This document shows positions 1-14,369 of a stretch of 64,000 nucleotides of DNA, in pieces. The translations under genes and the position numbers were made by a program. How positions within the stretch are numbered: the stretch's first letter is position 1; every line of letters starts with the position of its first letter. Below the pieces are notes generated by a model that had not been told where the DNA came from, did not search any database, and saw only the letters and a list, made by a program, of their open reading frames with translations. The DNA comes from Heterodontus francisci (lineage: Eukaryota): the NCBI RefSeq assembly GCF_036365525.1, contig NC_090399.1, positions 50,004,430 through 50,068,429 on the forward strand. Reading direction: 5' to 3'.

Positions 1-3000
1 CTGAGGCAGACACTGCGCTGAGGGTCACTGAGGCAGAAACTGCCCTGAGGGTCACTGAGGCAGACACTGCCCAGAGGGTCACCGAGGTAAACACTGCCCT
101 GAGGATCACTGAGGCAGACACTGCCCTGAGGGTCACTGAGGCAGACACTGCTCTGAGGATCACTGAGGTAAACACTGCTTTGAGGGTCACTGAGGCAGAC
201 ACTGCTCTGAGGGTCACTGAGGCAGACACTGCTCTGAGGGTCACTGAGGTAAACGCTGCTCTGAGGGTTACTGAGACAGACTCGGCCCTGAGGGTCTCTG
301 AGGCAGTCGCTGCTCTGAGGGTCACCGAGGCATACTCTGCCCTGAGGGTCACTGAGGCAGACTCTGCTCTGAGGGTCACTGAGACAGACACTGCTCTGAG
401 GACCACTGAGGTAAACACTGCTCTGAGGGTTACTGAGGCAGTCGCTGCTCTGAGGGTTCCGAGGGAGACTCTGCCCTGTGGGTCTCTGAGGCAGACTCTG
501 CTCTGAGGGTCACTGAGGCAGACACTGCCCTGAGGGTCACTGAGACAGACACTGCTCTGAGGATCAGTTAGACAGACTCTGCCCTGAGGGTCACTGAGGC
601 AGACACTGCCCTGAGGTTCACCGAGGCAGACTCTGCTCTGAGGATCACTGAGGCAGACACAGCCATGAGGGTCTCTGAGGCAGATTCTGCTCTGAGGGTC
701 ACTGAGGCAGACACTGCCCTGAGGGTCACTGAGACAGACACAGCTCTGAGGGTCAGTTAGACAGACTCTGCTCTGAGGGTCACTGAGGCAGACACTGCCC
801 TGAGGGTCACTGAGACAGACACAGCTCTGAGGGTCAGTTAGACAGACTCTGCTCTGAGGGTCACTGAGGCAGACACTGCTCTGAGGATCACTGAGGTAAA
901 CACTGCTCTGAGGATCACTGAGGCAGACACTGCCCTGAGGGTCTCTGAGGCAGACTCTGCCCTGAGGGTCACTGAGGCAAACACTTCTCTGAGGGTCACC
1001 GAGGCAGACACTGCTCTGAGGGTCACTGAGGCAGACACTGCCCTGAGAGTCACTGAGACAGACACTGCTCTGAGGATCACTGAGGTAAACACTGCTCTGA
1101 GGGTCACCGAGGCAGACACTGCTCTGAGGGTCAGTTAGACAGACTCTGCCCTGAGGGTCATTGAGGTAAACACTGCTCTGAGGATCACTGAGGCAGACAC
1201 TGCCCTGAGGGTCACCGAGGCAGACATTGCTCTGAGGGTCACTGAGGCAGACACTGCCCTGAGGGTCACTGAGACAGACACTGCTCTGAGGACCACTGAG
1301 GTAAACACTGCTCTGAGGATCACTGAGGCAGACACTGCTCTGAGGACCACTGAGGTAAACACTGCTCTGAGGATCACCGAGGCAGACTCTGCCCTGAGGG
1401 TCATTGAGGCAGACACTGCCCTGAGGATCACTGAGGCAGTTGCTGCTCTGATGGTCACCGAGGCAGACTCTGCCCTGAGGGTCACTGAGGTAAACACTGC
1501 TCTGAGGACCACCGAGGCAGACACTGCTCTGAGGGTCACTGAGGCAGTTGCTGCTCTGATGGTCACCGAGGCAGACACTGCCCTGAGGGTCACTGAGGCA
1601 GACTCTGCCCTGAGGGTCACTGAGGCAAACACTTCTCTGAGGGTCACCGAGGCAGACACTGCTCTGAGGGTCACTGAGGCAGACACTGCACTGAGGGTCA
1701 CCGAGGCAGACTCTGCACTGAGGGTCACTGAGGCAGACACTGCCCTGAGGGTCACCGAGGCAGACACTGCCCTGAGGGTCACTGAGGTAAACACTGGCCT
1801 GAGGGCCACCGAGGTAAACACAGACCGGAGGGTCACCGAGGCAGACACTGTTGTGAGGGTCACTGAGGCAGACACTGTCCTGATGGTCACTGAGGTAAAC
1901 ACTGCTCTGAGGATCACTGAGGCAGACACTGCGCTGAGGGTCATTGAGGTAAACACTGCCCAGAGGGTCACCGAGGTAAACACTGCCCTGAGGATCACTG
2001 AGGCAGACACTGCCCTGAGGGTCACCAAGGTAAACACTGCTGTGAGGGTCACTGAGGCAGACACTGCCCTGAGTGTCACCGAGGCACACACTGCTCTGAG
2101 GGTCACTGAGGCAGACACTGCTCTGAGGGTCACTGAGGCAGACACTGCCCTGAGGGTCACCGAGGTAAACACTGCTGTGAGGGTCAGTGAGGTCAACACT
2201 GCTCTGAGGATCACCGAGACAGACTGCTGTGAGGGTCACTGAGGCAGACACTGCCCAGAGGGTCACCGAGGTAAACACTGCTGTGAGGGTCACTGAGGCA
2301 GACACTGCCCTGAGTGTCACCGAGGCACACACTGCTCTGAGGGTCACTGAGGCAGACACTGCCCTGAGGGTCACCGAGGCACACACTGCTCTGAGGGTCA
2401 CTGAGGCAGACACTGCTCTGAGGGTCACTGAGGTAAACACTGCTCTGAGGCTCACTGAGGCAGACACTGCCATGAGGGTCACTGAGGTAAACACTGCTCT
2501 GAGCGTCACTGAGGCAGACACTGCCCAGAGGGTCACCGAGGTAAACACTGCCCTGAGGGTCACTGAGGCAGACACTGCCCTGAGGGTCACCGAGGCAGAC
2601 ACTGCCCTGAGGGTCACTGAGGTAAACACTGGCCTGAGGGCCACCGAGGTAAACACAGACCGGAGGGTCACCGAGGCAGACACTGTTGTGAGGGTCACTG
2701 AGGCAGACACTGTCCTGATGGTCACTGAGGTAAACACTGCTCTGAGGGTCACTGAGGCAGACACTGCGCTGAGGATCACTGAGGTAAACACGTCTCTGAG
2801 GGTCACTGAGGCAGACACTGCCCAGAGGGTCACCGAGGTACACACTGCCCTGAGGGTCACCGAGGTAAACGCTGGTCTGAGGATCACTGAGGCAAACACT
2901 GCTTTGAGGGTCAATGAGGCGGACACTGCACAGAGGGTCACTGAGGCAGACACTGCCCTGAGTGTCACCGAGGCAGACACTACCCAGAGGGTCACTGAGG

Positions 3001-6000
3001 TAAACACTGGCCTGAGGGTCACCGAGGCAGACACTGTTGTGAGGATCACTGAGGTAAACACTGCTCTGACGATCACCGATGCAGACACTGCTCTGAGGGT
3101 CACTGAGGTAAACACTGCTCTGAGGATCACTGAGGTAAACACTACTTTGAGGGTCACTGAGGCAGACTCTGCTCTGAGGGTCACTGAGGCAGACACTGCT
3201 CTGAGGGTCACTGAGACAGACTCGGCCCTGTGGGTCACTGAGGCTGTCGCTGCTCTGAGGGTCACCGAGGCAGACTCTGCCCTGAGGGTCACTGAGGCAG
3301 ACTCTGCTCTGAGGGTCACTGAGGCAGACACTGCCCTGAGGGTCACTGAGGCAGACACTGCTCTGAGGGTCACTGAGGCAGACACTGCCCTGAGCGTCAC
3401 TGAGGCAGACACTGCCCAGAGGGTCACCGAGGTAAACACTGCTCTGAGGGTCACTGAGGCAGTTGCTGCTCTGAGGGTTCCGAGGGAGACTCTGCCCTGA
3501 GGGTCTCTGAGTCAGACTCTGCTCTGAGGGTCCCTGAGGCAGACACTGCCCTGAGGGTCACTGAGACAGACACTGCTCTGAGGATCACTGAGGTAAACAC
3601 TGCCCTGAGGGTCAGTTAAACAGACTCTGCCCTGAGGGTCATTGAGGTAAACACTGCTCTGAGGTTCACCGATGCAGACACTACCCTGAGGGTCACCGAG
3701 GCAGACTCTGCTCTGAGGATCACTGAGGTAAACACTGCTCTGAGGGTCACTGAGGCAGACACTACCCTGAGGGTCACCGAGGCAGACTCTGCTCTGAGGA
3801 TCACTGAGGCAAACACTGCTCTGAGGATCACTGAGGCACACTGCCCTGAGGGTCACCGAGGCAGACACTGCTCTGAGGGTCACTGAGGCAGTCTCTGCCC
3901 TGAGGGTCCCCGAGGCAGACTCTGCTCTGAGGGTCACTGAGACAGACACTGCTCTGAGGACAACTGAGGTAAATACTGCTCTGAGGGTCACTGAGACAGT
4001 CTCTGCCCTGAGGGTCATTGAGGTAAACATTGCTCTGAGGGTCAGTTAAACAGACTCTGCCCTGAGGGTCATTGAGGTAAACACTGCTCTGAGGATCACT
4101 GAGACAGACTCTGCCCTGAGGGTCACTGAGGCAGACTCTGCTCTGAGGATCACTGAGGTAAACAATGCGCTGAGGGTCACTGAGGCAGACACTGCTCTGA
4201 GGGTCACCGATGCAGACACTACCCTGAGGGTCACCGAGGCAGACTCTGCTCTGAGGATCACTGAGGTAAACACTGCTCTGAGGGTCACTGAGGCAGACAC
4301 TACCCTGAGGGTCACCGAGGCAGACTCTGCTCTGAGGATCACTGAGGTAAACACTGCTCTGAGGATCACTGAGGCACTCTGCCCTGAGGGTCCCCGAGGC
4401 AGACTCTGCTCTGAGGGTCACTGAGATAGGCACTGCTCTGAGGACAACTGAGGTAAACACTGCTCTGAGGGTCACTGAGACAGTCTCTGCCCTGAGGGTC
4501 ATTGAGGTAAACACTGCTCTGAGGATCACTGAGGCAGACATTGCCCTGAGGGTCACCGAGGCAGACACTGCTCTGAGGGTCACTGAGGCAGTTGCTGCTC
4601 TGAGGGTTCCGAGGGAGACTCTGCCCTGAGGGTCTCTGAGTCAGACTCTGCTCTGAGGGTCCCTGAGGCAGACACTGCCCTGAGGGTCACTGAGACAGAC
4701 ACTGCTCTGAGGATCACTGAGGTAAACACTGCCCTGAGGGTCAGTTAAACAGACTCTGCCCTGAGGGTCATTGAGGTAAACACTGCTCTGAGGTTCACCG
4801 ATGCAGACACTACCCTGAGGGTCACCGAGGCAGACTCTGCTCTGAGGATCACTGAGGTAAACACTGCTCTGAGGGTCACTGAGGCAGACACTACCCTGAG
4901 GGTCACCGAGGCAGACTCTGCTCTGAGGATCACTGAGGCAAACACTGCTCTGAGGATCACTGAGGCACACTGCCCTGAGGGTCACCGAGGCAGACACTGC
5001 TCTGAGGGTCACTGAGGCAGTCTCTGCCCTGAGGGTCCCCGAGGCAGACTCTGCTCTGAGGGTCACTGAGACAGACACTGCTCTGAGGACAACTGAGGTA
5101 AATACTGCTCTGAGGGTCACTGAGACAGTCTCTGCCCTGAGGGTCATTGAGGTAAACATTGCTCTGAGGGTCAGTTAAACAGACTCTGCCCTGAGGGTCA
5201 TTGAGGTAAACACTGCTCTGAGGATCACTGAGACAGACTCTGCCCTGAGGGTCACTGAGGCAGACTCTGCTCTGAGGATCACTGAGGTAAACAATGCGCT
5301 GAGGGTCACTGAGGCAGACACTGCTCTGAGGGTCACCGATGCAGACACTACCCTGAGGGTCACCGAGGCAGACTCTGCTCTGAGGATCACTGAGGTAAAC
5401 ACTGCTCTGAGGGTCACTGAGGCAGACACTACCCTGAGGGTCACCGAGGCAGACTCTGCTCTGAGGATCACTGAGGTAAACACTGCTCTGAGGATCACTG
5501 AGGCACTCTGCCCTGAGGGTCCCCGAGGCAGACTCTGCTCTGAGGGTCACTGAGATAGGCACTGCTCTGAGGACAACTGAGGTAAACACTGCTCTGAGGG
5601 TCACTGAGACAGTCTCTGCCCTGAGGGTCATTGAGGTAAACACTGCTCTGAGGATCACTGAGGCAGACATTGCCCTGAGGGTCACCGAGGCAGACACTGC
5701 TCTGAGGGTCACTGAGGCAGTTGCTGCTCTGAGGGTCACCGAGGCAGACTCTGCCCTGAGGGTCACTGAGGCAGACACTGCCCTGAGGGTCACTGAGGTA
5801 AACACTGCCCTGTGGGTCACCGAGGCAGACACTGCTCTGAGGGTCACCGAGGCAGACTCTGCCCTGAGGGTCACTGAGGCAGACACTGCCCTGAGGGTCA
5901 CTGTGGCAGACACTGCCCTGTGGGTCACCGAGGCAGACACTGCCCTGTGGGTCACCGAGGCACACACTGCCCTGAGGGTCACTGAGGCAGACTCTGCCCT

Positions 6001-7060
6001 GAGGATCACTGAGGCAGACACTGCCCTGAGGGTCACTGAGGCAAACACTTCTCTGAGGGTCACTGAGGTAAACACTGCTCTGAGGGTCACTGAGGTAAAC
6101 ACTGATCTGAGGGTCACCGATGCAGACACTGCCATGAGGATCACCGAGGCAGACACTGCCCTGAGGGTCACCGAGGTAAACACTGCCCTGAGGGTCACTG
6201 ATGCAGACACTGCCCTGAGGATCACTGAGGCAGACACTGCCCTGAGGGTCACTGAGGCAGACACATCCCAGAGGGTCACCGAGGTAAACATTGCCCTGAG
6301 GATCACTGAGGCAGACACTGCCCTGAGGGTCACTGAGGCAGACACTGCCCTGAGGGTCACCGAGGCAGACACTGCCCAGAGTGTCACTGAGGCAGACACT
6401 GCCCTGAGGCTCACTGAGGTAAACACTGGCCTGAGGGCCATCAAGGTAAACACAGACCGGAGGGTCACCGAGGCAGACTCTGTTGTGAGGGTCACTGAGG
6501 CAGACACTGTCCTGAGGATCACTGAGGTAAACACTGCTCTGACGATCACCGATGCAGACACTGCTCTGAGGTTCACTGAGGTAAACACTGCTCTGAGGGT
6601 CACTGAGGCAGATACTGCGCTGAGGGTCACTGAGGTCAACACTGCTCTGAGGGTCACTGAGGCAGACACTGCGCTGAGGGTCACTGAGGTAAACACTGCT
6701 CTGAGGATCACCGATGCAGACACTGCCCAGAGGGTCTCCGAGGTAAACACTGCCCTGAGGGTCACTGAGGTAAACACTGTCTGAGGATAACTGAGGCAGA
6801 CACTGCTTTGAGGGTCAATGAGGCAGACACTGCTCAGAAGGTCACCGAGGTAAACACTGCCCTGAGGATCACTGCGGTAAACACTGCTTTGAGGGTCACT
6901 GAGGCAGACTCTGCTCTGAGGGTCACTGAGGCAGACACTGCTGTGAGGGTCACTGAGGCAGACACTTCCCTGAGGGTCACCGAGGTAAACACTGCTCTGA
7001 GGATCACTGAGGTAAACACTGCTTTGAGGGTCACTGAGGCAGACACTGCTCTGAGGGTCA
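1..7060 (+). repeat. 27-bp minisatellite (CTGAGGGTCACTGAGGCAGACACTGCT), runs off the window start; contains an ~1.13-kb higher-order duplication
   Basis: Direct reading of the unit; 9-aa periodic ORFs (LRVTEADTA). ORFs 3512-4030 and 4641-5159 are identical at offset 1129. Confidence 0.97.
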
Positions 7061-10000
7061 CTCCTACCTCCCCAGTCCCAATCTCCTGACATCCCCACTC
7101 AAATTCTCTGAAATCTCAGTCTCAATCTCCTGACATCCCCACTCAAAATCTTTGAAATCCCAGTCTCAATCTCCTGTCATCCCCACTCAAAATCTCCGAC
7201 CTCCCAGTCTCAATCTCCTGACATCCTCACCTAAAATCTCCTACCTCCCAGTTCTAATCTCCTGACATCTTCACTCAAAATCTCCTACCTCCCAGTCCCA
7301 ATCTCCTACCACCCCCCCACCCCCAGTCCCAACCTCCTACCTCCCAGTCTCAATCTCCTGACATCCCCACTCAAAATCTCCGACCTCCCAGTCTCAATCT
7401 CCTGACATCCTCACCTAAAATCTCCTACCTCCCAGTTCTAATCTCGTGACATCCTCACTCAAAATCTCCAACCACCCAGTCTCAATCTCCTGACATCCCC
7501 ACTCAAAATCTCCGACCTCCCAGTCTCAATCTCCTGACATCCTCACCTAAAATCTCCTACCTCCCAGTGCCAAACTCCTACCCCACCCCCCAGTCCCAAT
7601 CTCCTTCCTCCCAGTCTCAATCTCCTGACATCCCCACTCAAAATCTCCTACCTCCCAGTCTCAATCTCCTGACATCCCCACTCAAGATCTCCTACCTCCC
7701 AGTCCCAATCTCCTGACATCCCCACTCAAAATCTCCTACCTCCCAGTCCCAATCTCCTGACATCCCCACTCAAGATCTCCTACCTCCCAGTCCCAATCTC
7801 CTACCGCCCAGTCTCAATCACCTAACATCCCCACTCAAAATCTCCAACCTCCCAGTCTCAATCTCCTGACATCCTCACCTAAAATCTCCTACCTCCCAGT
7901 TCTAATCTCCTGACATCCTCACTCAAAATCTCCAACCACCCAGTCGCAATCTCCTGACATACCCACTCAAAATCTCCGACCTTCCAGTCTCAATCTCCTG
8001 ACATCCTCACCTAAAATCTCCTACCTCCCAGTTCTCATCTCCTGACATCCTCACTCAAAATCTCCAACCACCCAGTCGCAATCTCCTGACATCCGCACTC
8101 AAAATGTCCTACCCCCCAGTCCCAATCTCCTGACATTCACACTCAAAATCTCTTGCCTCCCAGTGCCAAACTCCTACCCCACCCCCCAGTCCCAATCTCC
8201 TACCTCCCAGTCTCAATCTCCTGACATCCCCACTCAAAATCTCCTACCTCCCAGTCTCAATGTCCTGACATCTTCACTCAAAATCTCCTACCTCCCAATC
8301 CCAATCTCTTGACATTCCCACTCAAAATCTCCTACCTCCCAGTCCCAATCTCCTGACATCCACACTCAAGATCTCCTACCTCCCAGTCCCAATCTCCTAC
8401 CCCCCAGTCCCAATCTCCTACCGCCCAGTCTCAATCACCTAACATCCCCACTCAAAATCTCCAAGCTCCCGGTCTCAATCTCCTGACATCCCCACTCAAA
8501 ATCTCCTACCACCCAGTCTCAATCTCCTGACATCCCCACTCAAAATCTCCTACCTCCCAGTCTCAATCTCCTGACATCCCCACTCAAAATCTCCTACCTC
8601 CCAGTCTCAATCTCCTGACATCCCCACTCAAAATCTCCTACCTCCTAATCCCAATCTCCTGACATCCTCACACAAAACCTCCTACCTCCCAGTCCCAATC
8701 TCCTGACATCCTCACTCAAAATCTCCTACCTCCCAGTCCCAATCTCCTGACATTCGCACTCAAAATCTCCTGCCTCCCCAGTCCCAATCTCCTGACATCC
8801 CCACTCAAAATCTCCGACCTCCCAGTCTCAATCTCCTGACATCCTCACTCAAAATCTCCTACCTCCCCAGTCCCAATCTCCTGACATACCCACTCAAAAT
8901 CTCCGACCTCCCAGTCTCAATCTCCTGACATCCTAACCTAAAATCTCCTACCTCCCCAGTCCCAATCTCCTGACATCCCCACTCAAGATCTCCTCCCTCC
9001 CAGTCCCAATCTCCTACCGCCCAGTCTCAATCACCGAACATCCCCACTCAAAATCTCCAACATCCCAGTCTCAATCTCCTGACATCCTCACCTAAAATCT
9101 CCTACCTCCCAGTTCTAATCTCCTGACATCCTCACTCAAAATCTCCAACCACCCAGTCACAATCTCCTGACATACCCACTCAAAATCTCCGACCTTCCAG
9201 TCTCAATCTCCTGACATCCTCACCTAAAATCTCCTACCTCCCAGTTCTCATCTCCTGACATCCTCACTCAAAATCTCCAACCACCCAGTCGCAATCTCCT
9301 GACATCCGCACTCAAAATGTCCTACCCCCCAGTCCCAATCTCCTGACATTCACACTCAAAATCTCTTGCCTCCCAGTGCCAAACTCCTACCCCACCCCCC
9401 AGTCCCAATCTCCTTCCTCCCAGTCTCAATCTCCTGACATCCCCACTCAAAATCTCCTACCTCCCAGTCTCAATGTCCTGACATCCTCACTCAAAATCTC
9501 CTACCTCCCAATCCCAATCTCTTGACATTCCCAGTCAAAATCTCCAACCTCCCAGTCCCAATCTCCTGACATCCACACTCAAGACCTCCTACCTCCCAGT
9601 CCCAATCTCCTACCCCCCAGTCCCAATCTCCTACCGCCCAGTCTCAATCACCTAACATCCCCACTCAAAATCTCCAATCTCCCAGTCTCAATCTCCTGAC
9701 ATCACCACTCAAAATCTCCTACCTCCCAGTCTCAATCTCCTGACATCCCCACTCAAAATCTCCTACCTCCTTATCCCAATCTCCTGACATCCTCACTCAG
9801 AATTTCCTACCTCCCCAGTCCCAATCTCCTGACATCCTCACACAAAACCTCCTACCTCCCAGTCCCAATCTCCTGACATCCTCACTCAAAATCTCCTACC
9901 TCCCAGTCCCAATCTCCTGACATTCGCACTCAAAATCTCCTGCCTCCCCAGTCCCAATCTCCTGACATCCCCACTCAAAATCTCCGACCTCCCAGTCTCA

Positions 10001-13000
10001 ATCTCCTGACATCCTCACTCAAAATCTCCTACCTCCCCAGTCCCAATCTCCTGACATTCTAACCTAAAATCTCCTACCTCCCCAGTCCCAATCTCCTGAC
10101 ATCCCCACTCAAAATCTCCGACCTCCCAGTCTCAATCTCCTGACATCCTCACTCAAAATCTCCTACCTCCCCAGTCCCAATCTCCTGACATCCCCAATCA
10201 AAATATCCGACCTTCCAGTCTCAATCTCCTGACATCCTCACCTAAAATCTCCTACCTCCCAGTTCTAATCTCCTGACATCCTCACTCAAAATCTCCTACC
10301 TCCCAGTCCCAATCTCCTACCGCCCAGTCTCAATCACCTAACATCCCCACTCAAAATCTCCAACCTCCCAGTCTCAATCTCCTGACATCCTCACCTAAAA
10401 TCTCCTACCTCCCAGTTCTAATCTCCTGACATCCTCACTCAAAATCTCCAACCACCCAGTCGCAATCTCCTGACATACCCACTCAAAATCTCCGACCTTC
10501 CAGTCTCAATCTCCTGACATCCTCACCTAAAATCTCCTACCTCCCAGTTCTCATCTCCTGACATCCTCACTCAAAATCTCCAACCACCCAGTCGCAATCT
10601 CCTGACATCCGCACTCAAAATGTCCTACCCCCCAGTCCCAATCTCCTGACATTCACACTCAAAATCTCTTGCCTCCCAGTGCCAAACTCCTACCCCACCC
10701 CCCAGTCCCAATCTCCTACCTCCCAGTCTCAATCTCCTGACATCCCCACTCAAAATCTCCTACCTCCCAGTCTCAATGTCCTGACATCTTCACTCAAAAT
10801 CTCCTACCTCCCAATCCCAATCTCTTGACATTCCCACTCAAAATCTCCTACCTCCCAGTCCCAATCTCCTGACATCCACACTCAAGATCTCCTACCTCCC
10901 AGTCCCAATCTCCTACCCCCCAGTCCCAATCTCCTACCGCCCAGTCTCAATCACCTAACATCCCCACTCAAAATCTCCAAGCTCCCGGTCTCAATCTCCT
11001 GACATCCCCACTCAAAATCTCCTACCACCCAGTCTCAATCTCCTGACATCCCCACTCAAAATCTCCTACCTCCCAGTCTCAATCTCCTGACATCCCCACT
11101 CAAAATCTCCTACCTCCTAATCCCAATCTCCTGACATCCTCACACAAAACCTCCTACCTCCCAGTCCCAATCTCCTGACATCCTCACTCAAAATCTCCTA
11201 CCTCCCAGTCCCAATCTCCTGACATTCGCACTCAAAATCTCCTGCCTCCCCAGTCCCAATCTCCTGACATCCCCACTCAAAATCTCCGACCTCCCAGTCT
11301 CAATCTCCTGACATCCTCACTCAAAATCTCCTACCTCCCCAGTCCCAATCTCCTGACATACCCACTCAAAATCTCCGACCTCCCAGTCTCAATCTCCTGA
11401 CATCCTAACCTAAAATCTCCTACCTCCCCAGTCCCAATCTCCTGACATCCCCACTCAAGATCTCCTCCCTCCCAGTCCCAATCTCCTACCGCCCAGTCTC
11501 AATCACCGAACATCCCCACTCAAAATCTCCAACATCCCAGTCTCAATCTCCTGACATCCTCACCTAAAATCTCCTACCTCCCAGTTCTAATCTCCTGACA
11601 TCCTCACTCAAAATCTCCAACCACCCAGTCACAATCTCCTGACATACCCACTCAAAATCTCCGACCTTCCAGTCTCAATCTCCTGACATCCTCACCTAAA
11701 ATCTCCTACCTCCCAGTTCTCATCTCCTGACATCCTCACTCAAAATCTCCAACCACCCAGTCGCAATCTCCTGACATCCGCACTCAAAATGTCCTACCCC
11801 CCAGTCCCAATCTCCTGACATTCACACTCAAAATCTCTTGCCTCCCAGTGCCAAACTCCTACCCCACCCCCCAGTCCCAATCTCCTTCCTCCCAGTCTCA
11901 ATCTCCTGACATCCCCACTCAAAATCTCCTACCTCCCAGTCTCAATGTCCTGACATCCTCACTCAAAATCTCCTACCTCCCAATCCCAATCTCTTGACAT
12001 TCCCAGTCAAAATCTCCAACCTCCCAGTCCCAATCTCCTGACATCCACACTCAAGACCTCCTACCTCCCAGTCCCAATCTCCTACCCCCCAGTCCCAATC
12101 TCCTACCGCCCAGTCTCAATCACCTAACATCCCCACTCAAAATCTCCAATCTCCCAGTCTCAATCTCCTGACATCACCACTCAAAATCTCCTACCTCCCA
12201 GTCTCAATCTCCTGACATCCCCACTCAAAATCTCCTACCTCCTTATCCCAATCTCCTGACATCCTCACTCAGAATTTCCTACCTCCCCAGTCCCAATCTC
12301 CTGACATCCTCACACAAAACCTCCTACCTCCCAGTCCCAATCTCCTGACATCCTCACTCAAAATCTCCTACCTCCCAGTCCCAATCTCCTGACATTCGCA
12401 CTCAAAATCTCCTGCCTCCCCAGTCCCAATCTCCTGACATCCCCACTCAAAATCTCCGACCTCCCAGTCTCAATCTCCTGACATCCTCACTCAAAATCTC
12501 CTACCTCCCCAGTCCCAATCTCCTGACATTCTAACCTAAAATCTCCTACCTCCCCAGTCCCAATCTCCTGACATCCCCACTCAAAATCTCCGACCTCCCA
12601 GTCTCAATCTCCTGACATCCTCACTCAAAATCTCCTACCTCCCCAGTCCCAATCTCCTGACATCCCCAATCAAAATATCCGACCTCCCAGTCTCAATCTC
12701 CTGACATCCTCACCTAAAATCTCCTACCTCCCAGTTCTAATCTCCTGACATCCTCACTCAAAATCTCTGACCTCCCAGTCTCAATCTCCTGACATCCTCA
12801 CTCAAAATCTCCTGCCTCCCCAGTCTCAATCTCCTGACATCCCCACTCAAAATCTCCTACCACCCAGTCCCAATCTCCTGACATTTGCACTCAAAATCTC
12901 CTACTCCCTGTCCCAATCTCCTGACATTCGCACTCAAAATCTCCTACCTCCCCAGTCCCAATCTCCTGACATCCCCACTCAAAATCTCCGACCTCCCAGT

Positions 13001-14220
13001 CTAAATCTCCTGACATCCTCACTCAAAATCTCCTACCTCCCCAGTCCCAATCTCCTGACATACCCACTCAAAATCTCCGACCTCCCAGTCTCAATCTCCT
13101 GACATGCTAACCTAAAATCTCCTACCTCCCCAGTCCCAATCTCCTGACATTCACACTCAAAATCTCCTGCCTCCCCAGTCGCAATCTCCTGACATCCCCA
13201 CTCAAAATCTCCTACCTCCCAATCTCAATCTCCTGACATCCTCACTCAAAATCTCTTGCCTCCCAGTCCCAAACTCCTACCCCACCCCCCAGTCCCAATC
13301 TCCTACCTCCCAGTCTCAATCTCCTGACATCCCCACTCAAAATCTCCTACCTCCCAGTCTCAATGTCCTGACATCCTCACTCAAAATCTCCTACCTCCCA
13401 ATCCCAATCTCTTGACATCCCCACTCAAGATCTCCTACCTCCCAGTCCCAATCTCCTACCCCCCAGTCCCAATCTCCTACCGCCCAGTCTCAATCACCTA
13501 ACATCCCCACTCAAAATCTCCAAGCTCCCGGTCTCAATCTCCTGACATCCCCACTCAAAATCTCCTACCTCCCAGTCTCAATCTCCTGACATCCCCACTC
13601 AAAATCTCCTACCTCCCAATCCCAATCTCCTGACATCCTCACTCAGAATCTCCTACCTCCCCAGTCCCAATCTCCTGACATCCTCACACAAAACCTCCTA
13701 CCTCCCAGTCCCAATCTCCTGACATCCTCACTCAAAATCTCCTACCTCCCAGTCCCAATCTCCTGACATTTGCACTCAAAATCTCCTGCCTCCCCAGTCC
13801 CAATCTCCTGACATCCCCACTCAAAATCTCCGACCTCCCAGTCTCAATCTCCTGACATCCTCACTCAAAATCTCCTACCTCCCCATTCTCAATCTCCTGA
13901 CATCCCCACTCAAAATCGACCTACCTCCCCGTCTAAAACTCCTGACATCCCCACTCAAAATCTCCTACCTCCCAGTCCCAATCTCCTGACATCCCCACTC
14001 AAAATCTCCTACACCAACCAGTCCCAATCTCCTGACATCCCCACTCAAAATCTCCTACACCCCCAGTCTCAATCTCCTGACATCCCCACTCAAAATCTCC
14101 TACCCCCCATTCCCAATTTCCTGACATTCCCACTCAAAATCTTCTACTTCGCAGTCACAATCTCCTACACCCCCCATCCCAATCTCCTGACATTCCCACT
14201 GAAAGTCTCCTACCACCCCC
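7061..14220 (+). repeat. ~44-bp C-rich minisatellite (CTCCTACCTCCCAGTCTCAAT + CTCCTGACATCCCCACTCAAAAT) with ~1.2-kb and ~2.5-kb higher-order periodicity
   Basis: Direct reading. Diagnostic variants recur: CACCGAACA at ~9032/11504; AATCAAAATATCCGA at ~10196/12668; TCCGCACTCAAAATGTCC at ~8092/9306/10608/11777. Confidence 0.96.
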
Positions 14221-14369
14221 CCCAGCCCTCAGTTACCTGATTCCCTTCCTCCCATCCTCCCCAAACTCCAGAACCAAGCTCCTGCCCCAGTTCCTATCTC
14301 CCAATTCCCCATCTCTGTCCCAATCAGTCTCCTCAACAACACCCCCCCCCCCCACCCGCCTCAAACGTT

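Noticed and set aside
180-7098. LRVTEADTA / SVTLRAVSA repeat proteins
   Set aside because: 27-bp minisatellite with frame-breaking indels and ORFs on both strands.
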